NCBI GenBank assembly: GCA_035687895.1
Contig: DASRUE010000064.1
Span: 7,281 to 71,280, forward strand
Direction of reading: 5' to 3'
Length of the DNA: 64,000 nt
Source of the DNA: Bacteroidota bacterium
GTDB lineage: Bacteria; Bacteroidota; Ignavibacteria; UBA10030; UBA6906
The notes under the pieces were generated by a model. The model worked only from the letters and a program-made list of their open reading frames with translations, searched no databases and was not told the DNA's origin. The position numbers were made by a program, and so were the translations under genes. Within the stretch, counting starts at the first letter, position 1, and each line of letters starts with the position of its first letter. Shown here piece after piece: positions 20,278 through 31,056 of this stretch.

Positions 20278-22637
20278 TCGTCCACCAACTCAACCACCGT
20301 TGCCCCGGTGCCACCTTCGTTCCATTCACCAAGGCGGAACGACTTGACACGGGGATGATGGGAAAGGAATTCCGTTACCTTTTTTCTGAGGGCTCCGGTT
20401 CCTTTGCCATGGATGATATCCACGCGATGCAGACCTGTAAGAACTGCGTCATCAAGGAATTTGTCCACCATGGGAATTGCTTCCTCTCCGGTCATTCCGC
20501 GGAGGTCAAGGTCTTTCGGCCCTGCGTTTGGCTTTTCGGGGGCCACCACTGAGTGAATCCGTCGGGGTGCCCCTTTAGCAGGAGCCAGATCATGGGTGGC
20601 AATTTTCATCTTCACACTTCCGAACACTACGAGCGCGATCTTCCCGTCAGGGGAGAGGTTCTCGATTTCACCAGGCTCTCCTCCACCCTTTAGCTTGACG
20701 AGAGCCCCCACGGCGAAAAGCGGCCTGTCAATCTCTTCCTCCTCTACGCTGAGCTCTTTCTCTTTCAGGCGGATTTCCTCCTTGAACCGTGAAACTTCTT
20801 CCTTTAGTTCTTTGACAACCTCTCTTCCCGCAGATTGTTCCTTAATCTCCCGAACACTTCGTTCAATCAGTGTATTAGCCTGCTCTACGATCCCTCTTGC
20901 CTCTTCAATGGCCTGCCGTTTCAGTTCTCGAAGCTCTTTTGCCTGGGCTGCAATTTTTGATTCATATTGCTTCACGAGCGTGCCGGCGCGCAATTTGTCC
21001 CCGGCCAGTTGTTCCAGGTCTCGACGATATTTTTGTGTGACACGTTCGAGTTCCGCAAGAAGCCCTTCCAATTGTGTTTGCTGATGACCAAGCCTTGAGC
21101 GGGCATCCTGTAGAAAATCGTCAGTAAAACCTATCCGTCCGGCCATTTCGAGAGCATAGCTACTTCCCGGTATACCAGGCTTGAAGCGATATGTCGGGGT
21201 CAAGGTGGATTGATCGAACTCCATCGCGCCATTCTCCACTCCCGGGGTGTCGTGAGCAAAGACCTTCAGCGTCCCATGATGGGTTGTGGCTACGGTGAAC
21301 GCTTCTTTCTTGGTGAGCACTGCCAGCGTGGATGCCGCAATGGCACTCCCTTCCCCAGGGTCCGTTCCTGATCCGATCTCATCGATCAGTACCAGACTGT
21401 CTTGATCTGCACCTTCTGCGATGGCTTTGAGATTGGAAAGGTGTGAACTGAATGTACTGAGGTCATTCTCAATAGACTGTTCATCACCAATATCGACAGA
21501 CATCTTCTTGAAGATCCGTACAATCGAGAGATCGGAAGCGGGAATGTGGAGACCTGCCTGTACCATGAGCACCAGGAGACCAACACACTTCATGGTCACA
21601 CTTTTTCCACCTGCGTTGGGACCGCTGATCAGGAGTGTGGTGAATTGTGCTCCAAGTTCCAGATCAAGCGGCACCGTTTCCTTGTATCCATGTTTGATCA
21701 TAAGGATCGGGTGGCGCGCGTGTATGAGCTTGATGGGTCCGGATGCATTCACCACTGGCTGCACACCGAGAATCTCTATCGAGTACTTGGCCTTTGCGCG
21801 GAGCAGATCAAGCCGGGCCAGAACGGAGAGATTGGCAAGAAGCTTATCACGAGAATCACCTACTTGAGTCGCGAGCGCCTTCAGGATTTGCTCCACTTCG
21901 CGCTGTTCCTGAAACTGCAGGCTGCGGATATCGTTGTTCAACTCGAGTGACTCGGTCGGCTCGATAAACACCGTCGCACCGCTTGAAGAGGCGCTGTGAA
22001 TAAACCCGTGCACACGATTCTTGTGCTCCGCTTTCACGGGAATCACCATGCGACCTTCCCGCGTGGTGATGATCTCCTCCTGACTGAACCCGAGCTCGGA
22101 GACATCTTTGAGGATGCTCTCGAGCTTTTTCCTCACCTGATCATACTTCTCGGAAATCGCTCTGCGGATACTCTGTAACTCGCGCGACGCGCCCGCCTTC
22201 ACCGCACCGGACTCATCAATCGCCTGTTCGATGTTGTATTCAAGTACCTTGTCCACGTGAAGTGGTTCGGCAAGCTCCCAGAGAAGGAGGCTCTTTTCCT
22301 TTCGCTTGGAAAGAAAGCTACGAGCAATGCGTGCGGCCCGAAGAGTGGCTCCGATTTGCAAGAGATCCCGGGGCTGAAGCAATGTACCTTCGACGGCGGT
22401 TTTCTGCACGACCTGGCGGACAGGATGAATTCCGTCCAGCGGAAACTCCCCCTCTTCCTCCAGAACGAGCTTCAACTCACTCACCAGGGAGAGCTCGGAG
22501 GTAATCTCAGCGACAGATGCGGAAATGGGGAGTGAAGCGATCAGTTCCCTCCCAGGTTCGGAAGAGGCATACCGTTGCACGCATCGCAGCACTGTATCGA
22601 ATTCAAGCTTCTTGCGTGCATGCTCGAACAAACTCAT
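20274..22637 (-). CDS. mutS2: Endonuclease MutS2
   Basis: 787 aa; Walker A GPNAGGKS, coiled-coil middle region and C-terminal Smr domain. Confidence 0.85.
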   Translation of the reverse strand: MSLFEHARKKLEFDTVLRCVQRYASSEPGRELIASLPISASVAEITSELSLVSELKLVLEEEGEFPLDGIHPVRQVVQKTAVEGTLLQPRDLLQIGATLRAARIARSFLSKRKEKSLLLWELAEPLHVDKVLEYNIEQAIDESGAVKAGASRELQSIRRAISEKYDQVRKKLESILKDVSELGFSQEEIITTREGRMVIPVKAEHKNRVHGFIHSASSSGATVFIEPTESLELNNDIRSLQFQEQREVEQILKALATQVGDSRDKLLANLSVLARLDLLRAKAKYSIEILGVQPVVNASGPIKLIHARHPILMIKHGYKETVPLDLELGAQFTTLLISGPNAGGKSVTMKCVGLLVLMVQAGLHIPASDLSIVRIFKKMSVDIGDEQSIENDLSTFSSHLSNLKAIAEGADQDSLVLIDEIGSGTDPGEGSAIAASTLAVLTKKEAFTVATTHHGTLKVFAHDTPGVENGAMEFDQSTLTPTYRFKPGIPGSSYALEMAGRIGFTDDFLQDARSRLGHQQTQLEGLLAELERVTQKYRRDLEQLAGDKLRAGTLVKQYESKIAAQAKELRELKRQAIEEARGIVEQANTLIERSVREIKEQSAGREVVKELKEEVSRFKEEIRLKEKELSVEEEEIDRPLFAVGALVKLKGGGEPGEIENLSPDGKIALVVFGSVKMKIATHDLAPAKGAPRRIHSVVAPEKPNAGPKDLDLRGMTGEEAIPMVDKFLDDAVLTGLHRVDIIHGKGTGALRKKVTEFLSHHPRVKSFRLGEWNEGGTGATVVELVDE

Positions 22638-23194
22638 AGGGCTTTGCCGGCCTCCGACGCCTGTTCAAAAATGTCAGCATCCTTGAAGGTTCTTGACAAC
22701 TCTTCGCGGAAGCCCGACGCTCCGGGAAGATACGATTTCATCATATCGAAGGTTGTTGGCAGAAAGTTCGCCAGCGGCCGGTACAAGAGTGAGCTGTCAC
22801 GTGTATCGGTCCCCGGCGTATCCAGCACCCTCAGCATGATGAGGAGCAGGCTGGTTATCATCGCTCCTTCAAATGCACCGAGGACCATCCCAAGGATTTG
22901 ACTGGTTGATTTTGCAATTTCGCTCGGGCTGAATTTTCTGTAGAGAAGAATCGCTCCCGCCATCAGGGCTCCCACGACAGTCATGAACCCGAGCACGTGG
23001 GAAACGGCCTCGGACGAGAAGAAGACCGAGTGATAGACACCCCCGACAAATGTCATGAGGTACGTTGCCGCCACTATCGAGCCAGTGAGTGCAAGGATAT
23101 TGAATATTTTTTTTGTGAGCCCCCCGCGGAAACCAAGAAAGATACCCACACCGAGGGCCCCGAAAAGAAGAAGATCGATAAAATGGAACTTCAT
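22634..23194 (-). CDS. cvpA: CvpA family membrane protein
   Basis: 186 aa; 4 to 5 transmembrane helices and the family's typical N-terminus (MKFHFIDLLLFGALGVGIFLGFRGG). Confidence 0.7.
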   Translation of the reverse strand: MKFHFIDLLLFGALGVGIFLGFRGGLTKKIFNILALTGSIVAATYLMTFVGGVYHSVFFSSEAVSHVLGFMTVVGALMAGAILLYRKFSPSEIAKSTSQILGMVLGAFEGAMITSLLLIMLRVLDTPGTDTRDSSLLYRPLANFLPTTFDMMKSYLPGASGFREELSRTFKDADIFEQASEAGKAL

Positions 23195-23197
23195 GGA

Positions 23198-23671
23198 CTA
23201 TACTCCCAAGCGCTTTTTTACAAGCTCTTGAATCGTCCTGCCATCTGCCTTCCCCTTGAGCTGCTTCATCACAAGGGGCATCACCTTCCCAAAGTCCGCC
23301 GGACCAAGAGCACCTGTCTGACTGACGATCCCTTCGATTGTCTGGACAATCTCCCCTTCCGATAATTGCTTCGGTAGGTACTCCTGAATTATTGCAAGCT
23401 CCTTCCCCTCTTGCTCAACCAATTCCGGCCGTCCACCCTTTTCGAATTGCTCCATCGATTCCTTTCGCTTTTTTGCTGCACTCAAGAGCACAGCAACCTC
23501 GTCGTCCGGCGATACCTCCTTTCCCGTGCCTCGTTTTTCAATCTCTCGCTCCATAAGAGCGGCGCGTAGCGTTCTCAGCGTCTCCAGTCGAATCCTGTCG
23601 CCGCTCTTCATTGCGGTCTTGAGGTCGTCAGCGATCTTTTCCTTTAGTGACATTGCCAGGGTCTCCATCAA
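23198..23671 (-). CDS. GatB/YqeY domain protein
   Basis: 157 aa; IADDLKTAMKSGDRIRLETLR and the C-terminal helical YqeY domain. Confidence 0.8.
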   Translation of the reverse strand: MMETLAMSLKEKIADDLKTAMKSGDRIRLETLRTLRAALMEREIEKRGTGKEVSPDDEVAVLLSAAKKRKESMEQFEKGGRPELVEQEGKELAIIQEYLPKQLSEGEIVQTIEGIVSQTGALGPADFGKVMPLVMKQLKGKADGRTIQELVKKRLGV

Positions 23672-23818
23672 ATGAAAAAGGCAGGATCTCCATGTCCCGC
23701 CTTGACGCTTTTATGCACTGCGTTGGATTTGTATCGAAGGATGCGTGTTGGGAAGTTTAATGTGCTGATTCCGATACAAAATTAGAGCTTTTGGCTATTA
23801 AAGTCAACGAAGCCGCGA

Positions 23819-24532
23819 TCAGACTCCGCCATAGATCTTGACAACGTTTCCACTGATCGATCGAGCCTTATCACTACAGAGATAGGCAACAAGGCTGGCG
23901 ACGTCGTCGAGGGTCACCCATTTGCTGATGTCTGCATCCGGCATGGATTTCTTGTTTGCTTCCGTGAGAAGGATACTTGGCGCGATAACATTTGCCGTAA
24001 TACCCGTCCCTTTGACTTCTGCCGCTATTGTTTCCGTAAGCGTAATGACACCCCTTTTCGAGATGGCATACGGTCCTTTTTTGGAAGATGGAGTGACCGC
24101 CGGCATGGAGGCAACCGTCACGATCCGGCCGCTTTTCTGGCGCCTCATTCTGGCGAGAACGCTCCGGCAAATGAGAAATGTCGTCCGCAAGTTTATCGTC
24201 AGCATCCCCTCAAACTCCTCGATATCGACATCTTCCGTCAGGTTTCCTCCGGCGTATCCCCCCGCCGCAGCAATCAGAAAATCGATCTTGCCAAATTTTT
24301 TAGCGACATCCTTTGTAAACGCACTTACTTGGGCATCCTGTGCAAGGTCAACTTTCGCAGCATAGAATCGGGAGGGAGTTGAGGATATCTTCTGAGGAAC
24401 CGAAGAGAGCGAGGATGAACTGTGATAAGGAATCGCAATCGAAGATCCTTCATCAAACAATCGTTCAACAATTGCTTTCCCAAGAATTCCGGTTCCGCCA
24501 GTTACTATAGCTGTCTTGCCGTTGAATGTCAT
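23819..24532 (-). CDS. SDR-family oxidoreductase
   Basis: TGGTGILG Rossmann motif and a YxxxK catalytic pair. The ORF track extends it 5' to 24691, but that N-terminal stretch lacks SDR homology and overlaps the divergent peroxiredoxin gene. Start chosen at MTFNGKTAIVTGG. Confidence 0.7.
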   Translation of the reverse strand: MTFNGKTAIVTGGTGILGKAIVERLFDEGSSIAIPYHSSSSLSSVPQKISSTPSRFYAAKVDLAQDAQVSAFTKDVAKKFGKIDFLIAAAGGYAGGNLTEDVDIEEFEGMLTINLRTTFLICRSVLARMRRQKSGRIVTVASMPAVTPSSKKGPYAISKRGVITLTETIAAEVKGTGITANVIAPSILLTEANKKSMPDADISKWVTLDDVASLVAYLCSDKARSISGNVVKIYGGV

Positions 24533-24679
24533 CAAGTTGTAAGGTGGTAAGAGAATAAACGTGTGCACAATATATCCATGCATCGGGCGAAAATCAAGGA
24601 CAAGATGGCAATGATGAATCTGTTGCATTTTCATGTCGGAGGAGGTACATTTCAGTAGCCATTCTGATGGAGACCACCG

Positions 24680-25234
24680 ATGATCAAACACATTAGACAG
24701 GCCAGCTTCCTTCTGGCAACGGTCCTTGAACTATCGTTCAATCCATGTGCTGAGGCAGGCGATGCGCCTGGTGTCGGAACCTCTGCACCGGACTTCACAC
24801 TCCCCTATGCAACGAAGGACACCATCGACCACACAGGCCTGAAGCTTTCCGAAATGATCGGGAAGGATATTATCATCCTCGCCTTTTACCCGGCCGATTG
24901 GAGCGGTGGGTGCACAAAAGAAATGTGCACGATACGCGATAACTTCGCTGCTCTTTCAGACCTCGGTGCCGCTGTATTCGGCATCAGCGGAGACTACACC
25001 TACTCGCATCATGAGTGGGCGAAGCACCATAATCTCCAGTTTGCGCTCCTTGGTGATCACACCCATGAAGTAGCAAAGGCTTATGGGAGCTACAACGCGC
25101 ACTCCGGCTACAACATGCGCACGATCTTCGTGATTGACAGAAAAGGCATAGTTGTTTATGTCGATATGGCCTACAAAGCAGGCACGCCAGAGTCATTCGA
25201 AAAACTCAAGTCCTCTCTTGCAGATTTGAAATAG
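24680..25234 (+). CDS. Peroxiredoxin (AhpC/TSA, Bcp-like), secreted or anchored
   Basis: 184 aa; N-terminal hydrophobic leader; peroxidatic motif FYPADWSGGCT. Confidence 0.75.
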   Translation: MIKHIRQASFLLATVLELSFNPCAEAGDAPGVGTSAPDFTLPYATKDTIDHTGLKLSEMIGKDIIILAFYPADWSGGCTKEMCTIRDNFAALSDLGAAVFGISGDYTYSHHEWAKHHNLQFALLGDHTHEVAKAYGSYNAHSGYNMRTIFVIDRKGIVVYVDMAYKAGTPESFEKLKSSLADLK

Positions 25235-25238
25235 TCCC

Positions 25239-25502
25239 GTGGCTGACTACATTCCGATTTCCTGCTCTCTATACGATGTTCTCGAAGCCTCTGCAGTGCA
25301 ACGGGTGACAGTGTCCCTCGTGCTATCAGGCATAAACGCCGAGAGGCATGTAACAATCCTTGATCTGTATTCGAAGGAGAGACAGGAGTTCTTGACCGCC
25401 CGCGACGTTTCCACTGGTGACGAACTGACACTCCGGCTCGACGAGATATTGCAGGTAACAGACCGTTTAACCAACCGAGTGTACATCTCGGATCGTTGTT
25501 GA
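25239..25502 (+). CDS. Hypothetical small protein
   Basis: 87 aa; no motif; sits between two same-strand genes. Confidence 0.3.
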   Translation: MADYIPISCSLYDVLEASAVQRVTVSLVLSGINAERHVTILDLYSKERQEFLTARDVSTGDELTLRLDEILQVTDRLTNRVYISDRC

Positions 25503-25554
25503 GCAAATGTCAGCCTTCTAATTGAATCAATAACCTTATCCCGAAACCAAACCC

Positions 25555-26604
25555 ATGAGTCGACGCCGCCTCCATTTTGTTCTCTTTATCGTATTCCCTT
25601 TGTTCACTTTTTCCTTCGCACAGGAAACCGATCTTGCCGTAAAGGGCGAGACTCATCTTTCCAACATAAGGCAGCTCACGTTTGGCGGCCAGAATGCAGA
25701 AGGATATTTCTCGTTCGACGAAACTCACCTTATTTTTCAGTCCACGCGTGACTCCTTCCAGTGCGATCAAGAATATATCATGGACCTCTCCTCCGGTGCA
25801 ACGCGGATGGTCAGCAATGGCCTTGGTCGAACCACCTGCGGCTATTTCTTCCCCGGGGATGAGGAAATACTGTTTTCCTCGACACACCATCTTCGCAAAG
25901 CATGTCCACCCACACCGGACTTCTCCAAAGGATACGTCTGGGCGGTGTATCCCGAGTTCGACATATTCACAGCAAAGGCAGACGGCTCGGCTTTGCGCCC
26001 TCTCACGACAACGCCCGGCTACGATGCCGAGGCGACCATCTCTCCCACCGGTGACAAGATCGTGTTCACCTCTGTGCGCAACGGGGACCTTGATCTCTAC
26101 AGCATGAACCTCGATGGCTCAGACGTGCGCCAGCTGACAAACGAACTCGGGTACGACGGCGGGGCATTCTTTTCGTCGGACGGATCCATGATCGTCTACC
26201 GTACATGGCACTACACTGACAGCAACGACGTTGCCACCTATAAGCAATTGCTATCGCAGCATCTTGTCCGACCATCACGGATGGAGTTGTTCGTTGCCCA
26301 GGCCGACGGATCAAACAAGCGTCAGGTGACGAACAACGGTGCAGCCAATTTTGGCCCGTTCTTCCATCCTGACAACAAGCGGATCATCTTTGCGTCCAAC
26401 CTGGCCGATCCAAAAGGGAGAAACTTTGACCTTTATATCATCAACATCGATGGGACTGGGTTGGAACGGGTGACATTCAATGAGACGTTCGATGGCTTTC
26501 CAATGTTCACACGCGACGGCAAGAAGCTTGTCTTTGCCTCTAACCGGAATGGCAAGGTCCGTGGCGAAACAAACCTCTTCATAGCAGATTGGGTTGAGAA
26601 ATGA
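25555..26604 (+). CDS. TolB-like / PD40 beta-propeller periplasmic protein
   Basis: 349 aa; signal peptide; repeated DGS-R/K-ITF/VF-S PD40-type blades. Confidence 0.6.
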   Translation: MSRRRLHFVLFIVFPLFTFSFAQETDLAVKGETHLSNIRQLTFGGQNAEGYFSFDETHLIFQSTRDSFQCDQEYIMDLSSGATRMVSNGLGRTTCGYFFPGDEEILFSSTHHLRKACPPTPDFSKGYVWAVYPEFDIFTAKADGSALRPLTTTPGYDAEATISPTGDKIVFTSVRNGDLDLYSMNLDGSDVRQLTNELGYDGGAFFSSDGSMIVYRTWHYTDSNDVATYKQLLSQHLVRPSRMELFVAQADGSNKRQVTNNGAANFGPFFHPDNKRIIFASNLADPKGRNFDLYIINIDGTGLERVTFNETFDGFPMFTRDGKKLVFASNRNGKVRGETNLFIADWVEK

Positions 26605-28430
26605 AGGCTTCATACTTGGTTCACCAGATATGCTCTACGCTCCTTCTTTCTGCGGGAATGGCGTTTTCCTCTTTTGGACAGAACCCCTCCTCCTCTATTA
26701 CGGCAGACGAATTGAAAGCCCATGTCAAGTTTCTTGCGTCAGATGAATTGGAAGGGCGGGGATCAGGAACTCCGGGGAATGAACGGGCGGCCACATACAT
26801 CGCCGAACGATTCACGCAGTATGGCCTGACACCAGCCGGCGATTCAGGCACGTACTTTCAGAAATTCACATTTGTTTCGGCAGTTCGCCTCGGAACAAGG
26901 AATTCTCTGAACTTTGCAGGCATTGATGCTAGAACCCCCTCGTTGGATCCTGACGTCGACTTCCGCCCACTCGGTTTCTCCATTGACACTTCCGTCTCGG
27001 GCAATGTTGTGTTTGTTGGTTATGGCATCTCTGCGCCGGAAAATGGATATGACGATTACGCCGGCATTGAAGTGACAGGCAAGTTGGTTATTGCAATGCG
27101 GTATGGACCCGATGGGAATGACCTACACAGCGACCTCTACAAGCATACTTCATTTCGAAACAAAGCGCGCAAGGCAAGGGAAAAAGGAGCGGCAGGCTTG
27201 ATAGTCATCAATGGACCCAATGATGATGAGGATGATGAGTTGGTGAAGCTCAGCTACGACAATTCATTTGCGAACTCGGGCATTGCTGCTATCTCAATGA
27301 AACGTGGTCTGATAGAGAGGGCCCTGCATCACCTGGGAAAGGACATGAAGTCCATCCAGGATACCATCAAGCAAAACCGTCGACCCCAGAGTATCGAATT
27401 GCCCGGTGTTAGAGCTTCTCTTTCCACTGAAGTTGTACAAGTAATGGCCACAAGCGCGAATATCGTTGGCTACCTCGAGGGAACCAGCCCGACTCTGAAA
27501 AAACAGGTAATCGTTGTGGGAGCACACATGGACCATCTTGGTTACGGCGGCCCAGGGTCCGGCTCCCTGATGCCGGATGTACACGAAATCCATAACGGCG
27601 CAGACGATAACGCATCAGGCACGGCCGGACTTCTTGAACTTGCCGAGGCGTTTGCGACGAGAAGAGACCCCCCCGCAAGAGGCCTCGTGTTTATTTCGTT
27701 CTCGGGCGAAGAGCTTGGAACGCTCGGATCCAGCTACTATGTGAATCACCCGTTTGTCCCCCTTTCCCACACGATTGGAATGATCAACATGGATATGGTT
27801 GGGAAACTTGAGGGAAGAGAGCTTACAGTCTACGGAACAGGTACTTCACCATTGTGGGATACTGTTCTTTCCAGTGCAGACCCGGATTCTCTTTTCTCAC
27901 CCAAAAAGGTTCCAGACGGCTTCGGCCCGAGCGATCACTCTCAATTCTATGCCAAAGACATCCCGGTTTTGTTCTTCTTCACGGGCACGCACAATGACTA
28001 TCACAAGCCCTCAGATGATTGGGACAAGTTGAATTACCAAGGAGAGGAGAAGGTCATCAAGTATGTATACAGGATAGTGGAAAAACTGAACAACCTCCAA
28101 GAAAGACCCCAATTTGCACGAACGCAAACCTCTTCCTCCATGGGTGGAGGTGACTCTCGCGGCTTCAACGTGACTTTAGGAGTGATTCCTGATTACGGCG
28201 AAGGGAGCCAGGGGATGAAGATTGGAGGAATTCGCCCGGGGGGCCCAGCCGAGAAAGCTGGGATGCAGGCTGGAGATGTCATCGTAAAGATGGCCGGGAA
28301 AAAGGTCCTGAATATCTATGACTACATGGGAATTCTTGGGGAACTCAAGGCAGGACAAGAAATCGACGTTGAGGTGATTCGAAACGGGAAGACGATACCT
28401 CTCCGGACAACCATGGAGAAGAGGAAATAG
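26601..28430 (+). CDS. M28-family zinc peptidase with PA and C-terminal PDZ domains
   Basis: 609 aa; signal peptide; M28 metal ligands (HMDHLGYG, DDNASGTAGLLELA, SGEELG); C-terminal PDZ-like GIRPGGPAEKAGMQAGDVIVKMAG. Confidence 0.75.
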   Translation: MKASYLVHQICSTLLLSAGMAFSSFGQNPSSSITADELKAHVKFLASDELEGRGSGTPGNERAATYIAERFTQYGLTPAGDSGTYFQKFTFVSAVRLGTRNSLNFAGIDARTPSLDPDVDFRPLGFSIDTSVSGNVVFVGYGISAPENGYDDYAGIEVTGKLVIAMRYGPDGNDLHSDLYKHTSFRNKARKAREKGAAGLIVINGPNDDEDDELVKLSYDNSFANSGIAAISMKRGLIERALHHLGKDMKSIQDTIKQNRRPQSIELPGVRASLSTEVVQVMATSANIVGYLEGTSPTLKKQVIVVGAHMDHLGYGGPGSGSLMPDVHEIHNGADDNASGTAGLLELAEAFATRRDPPARGLVFISFSGEELGTLGSSYYVNHPFVPLSHTIGMINMDMVGKLEGRELTVYGTGTSPLWDTVLSSADPDSLFSPKKVPDGFGPSDHSQFYAKDIPVLFFFTGTHNDYHKPSDDWDKLNYQGEEKVIKYVYRIVEKLNNLQERPQFARTQTSSSMGGGDSRGFNVTLGVIPDYGEGSQGMKIGGIRPGGPAEKAGMQAGDVIVKMAGKKVLNIYDYMGILGELKAGQEIDVEVIRNGKTIPLRTTMEKRK

Positions 28431-28512
28431 ATGCTCCCCGGATTGTCAAGGACATCGGGCCGGCACATCTCTCACCGGACCCGCATCCTAACTACTCAGA
28501 CGACAGAAACCT

Positions 28513-29037
28513 TCAGTGTTCCTTCTGAGCTGTACCGCTGACAACATCCTTCTGTTCCTTGGATAGCTCAGGCCCGTTCTCAATCGCGACAACTGAAGCA
28601 GTCACCATTGTCATTAGTTGATCTTGTTTGATGTCTTCGGGTTTAACATCCGGTGAATGTTGGTCTTCAGCCCAATGCTTTGCAACGTTTTTATCAACAA
28701 GCTTTGTGTACACTTTCCCCTGAACGCGAACTCTTTGCCCCTCTGATTCCCACGGGACAAAGAAGCTGTAATTCTTGAAGTCCACTCGGATCTTCTGCGT
28801 CCCATCCGTCACAAACATCCAGCACCCCTTGTTCTGACACACCTCCTTAACTGTCCCCTCAAAAACAACTTCCACCTTATTATATGAACCACTATTCGTG
28901 AGGATTTCAGCAATGGTAGCCGTCCTTGCATCCGAAAACTCTCCTCCGTAGACTCTCTCATTCTTGAACTCATCACCGGTCATTCCAAGAGCTGAAGCAG
29001 CAATAGCAAGTGATAGAAATCCAACAACCCGTTTCAT
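28513..29037 (-). CDS. Secreted hypothetical protein
   Basis: Start chosen at MKRVVGFLSLAIAASALG (signal peptide); no catalytic motif recognised; the ORF track's upstream extension lacks a leader. Confidence 0.45.
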   Translation of the reverse strand: MKRVVGFLSLAIAASALGMTGDEFKNERVYGGEFSDARTATIAEILTNSGSYNKVEVVFEGTVKEVCQNKGCWMFVTDGTQKIRVDFKNYSFFVPWESEGQRVRVQGKVYTKLVDKNVAKHWAEDQHSPDVKPEDIKQDQLMTMVTASVVAIENGPELSKEQKDVVSGTAQKEH

Positions 29038-29071
29038 AGTACCTCCTCTGATATCAATGAAATGATTGGAA

Positions 29072-29263
29072 TTAGCGTTGCTGTAAGAGATTGTGTACCT
29101 CTTTGATGTAACTTTCCACAATTCGTGCCCTTGCATCCTCACTTCGCGCCGCCAACAATTCGGTCCGATACTGGCGGATGAAATCGCTAAGCTGAGTCCG
29201 CTCTTGCTCAGAAAGCGATGAATTGAAACTTCGGAATGTATCTTCGGCGGCCATAGACCACAT
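29072..29263 (-). CDS. Hypothetical small helical protein
   Basis: 63 aa; only ORF-level support. Confidence 0.2.
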   Translation of the reverse strand: MWSMAAEDTFRSFNSSLSEQERTQLSDFIRQYRTELLAARSEDARARIVESYIKEVHNLLQQR

Positions 29264-29284
29264 CTCCCTTGTTGACGCTACTGT

Positions 29285-29632
29285 TCAATCCTGGACTCTT
29301 TCCGATTTGCAGACATCGCATTCGCAGAGTTTCCGAAGATGATCCCAAGTGTACATCCCCATGTCGTGGGTGTCTCCCCATGTGAATTTGACTCCGTAGT
29401 TCCCAACCGGAACAGCCTTCCTTAGCTCATATCGTCCAGTCGTTTCAATGTCTGGGGGAGGTGGAACATAGGTTTGAAATAGCACACTCTCTCCTTTGCA
29501 TCCTGCGCACGGACATGAGTCACGTACATGGCGTAAGCTGATTGCGCTCTCATGTCCGTCCCTCCAAATAATCGCTAGAATAGATGAGCTGATCTGTTTT
29601 AATTGTTTTGGAGAACTGGAGTTAAGCATCAT
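29285..29632 (-). CDS. DUF971-family (gamma-butyrobetaine-hydroxylase-like N-terminal domain) protein
   Basis: 115 aa; ISLRHVRDSCPCAGCKGE motif typical of DUF971. Confidence 0.55.
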   Translation of the reverse strand: MMLNSSSPKQLKQISSSILAIIWRDGHESAISLRHVRDSCPCAGCKGESVLFQTYVPPPPDIETTGRYELRKAVPVGNYGVKFTWGDTHDMGMYTWDHLRKLCECDVCKSERVQD

Positions 29633-29677
29633 TACCTACTCAAGAAAAAGGGAGTTTGGGGCCACCGAGTGACTGTT

Positions 29678-30817
29678 TCAAACAGTATACATCCCCGACT
29701 TCAAGATGGTTTCTCTGTTCCCTGACGCGTACACAAAGGCCACTTCCTCAACGCGCACGAGGGGCTGAATGGTGGGAATGTACACCCTATCAATGTGAAC
29801 AACATTCTTGGGATCCCGGAACGATGCCGGACTTGTAACACCGCCAAAATGCTCGCTCCTACCGAATGCGATGTGGAGACCCAGTTTTTCATCCAGCAAG
29901 ATGCTACCGACCGGGGTAACTCCCCACTCCCCCAGCACTCCAATTCCTATCTCGGCAATGTTCCCGTATGCAGGTTCGGCAGTTAGTTTCTTCCGTTCCT
30001 CTTCAGACCTCGGGCCCTGGGTCAATACATCAGTCGCCTTGTTGGCTGTGATGTTGTAGAGGACTATCTCATCGCCAAACTGAACGGGGAGTGTTCCTGC
30101 CGTCTTACTGGGATCATCTGTTCTCTCTCCTTCATAGGGAACAATATATGCTTCGCCAGAGGGTAGATTACCCACGACGCCTGGTTCCCTCATCAATCCA
30201 CCGCTCGCATGGGCAGTCCTATGGCGAAGATCAAACAGCATATCATACTGCTTCCCCAGTACGCTGAAAACAATGAATGCCTCCTTTGCCTCATCAAGTC
30301 GGCTCTTGAACTGCATCACTCTTGCATGCACCTTCTCGTAGTCAAGCGCAAGGGTTGGCAACATCCTGCGTGAGAATCCAGGCAGTGTCGCACCGCGGAA
30401 TCCAAATTTCTTTGCCAGGTTCTTTAGCGGCGCAGTCGCTGAAAGCTCAGTCAGAGCGAGGACAACAGAAGTGTTTTTAAGAACCTCCTCCAAAGCAACC
30501 GTTTCGCCCCACAAAGCGTGGTCTGCACTTGTTCGTGAGGAAATGGAAACCGTTGGAGGAAGATCATTGTTATTTGTCCTGACGTTTCCATAAGTACAGA
30601 GTCTGACATCATCAAACGGGAGTTCCCTGGCATGATTTGACAGCTCGACAAACCACTCTACAGCTATTCTCCTTCTGTCCGCCCACTCTGCCGAATCAGG
30701 CACATTGGAATCCGGGAGGTCAATCAAGATGGTCAAGCCGCGCTCCAATGATTCAAGTCCGAAAACTGATCGAAAGAGCGTGCTAAGTTCAGAGAATGTG
30801 AGATTCTGTATCATCAA
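29678..30817 (-). CDS. Hypothetical protein, possibly an M29 (aminopeptidase T/PepS-like) aminopeptidase
   Basis: 379 aa; size and C-terminal LGLHIAFGRSEHFGG region reminiscent of M29; assignment tentative. Confidence 0.35.
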   Translation of the reverse strand: MMIQNLTFSELSTLFRSVFGLESLERGLTILIDLPDSNVPDSAEWADRRRIAVEWFVELSNHARELPFDDVRLCTYGNVRTNNNDLPPTVSISSRTSADHALWGETVALEEVLKNTSVVLALTELSATAPLKNLAKKFGFRGATLPGFSRRMLPTLALDYEKVHARVMQFKSRLDEAKEAFIVFSVLGKQYDMLFDLRHRTAHASGGLMREPGVVGNLPSGEAYIVPYEGERTDDPSKTAGTLPVQFGDEIVLYNITANKATDVLTQGPRSEEERKKLTAEPAYGNIAEIGIGVLGEWGVTPVGSILLDEKLGLHIAFGRSEHFGGVTSPASFRDPKNVVHIDRVYIPTIQPLVRVEEVAFVYASGNRETILKSGMYTV

Positions 30818-31056
30818 AGATAGTCCATTTCTCTATATTTACTCTTCCGTCCCCGTTGCTGGCTGCAATAGAACTCCACCGTCAGGCCCTTCCACTAAAT
30901 CCCTGAGTCGCCCAAGTTGGACACAACCAACATGCAAGCAGAGCGGATGTCCAATTTACATCAGGCATAGAGAATGCAATACACAGCGTTAGGGCGAGTT
31001 CTCTTGTACAATAGGAAGATACTTCAACCGGATTGAAGAGTCAACGAACAGAAGGG

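Noticed and set aside
20596-21950. Plus-strand ORFs of 134-162 aa (20596-21084, 21421-21867, 21546-21950)
   Set aside because: Antisense to mutS2. Ser/Arg-rich low-complexity products.
24533-24691. N-terminal 53-aa extension of the SDR ORF
   Set aside because: No SDR homology before MTFNGKTAIVTGG. The extension overlaps the divergently transcribed peroxiredoxin gene start, and the canonical Rossmann motif begins right after the internal Met.
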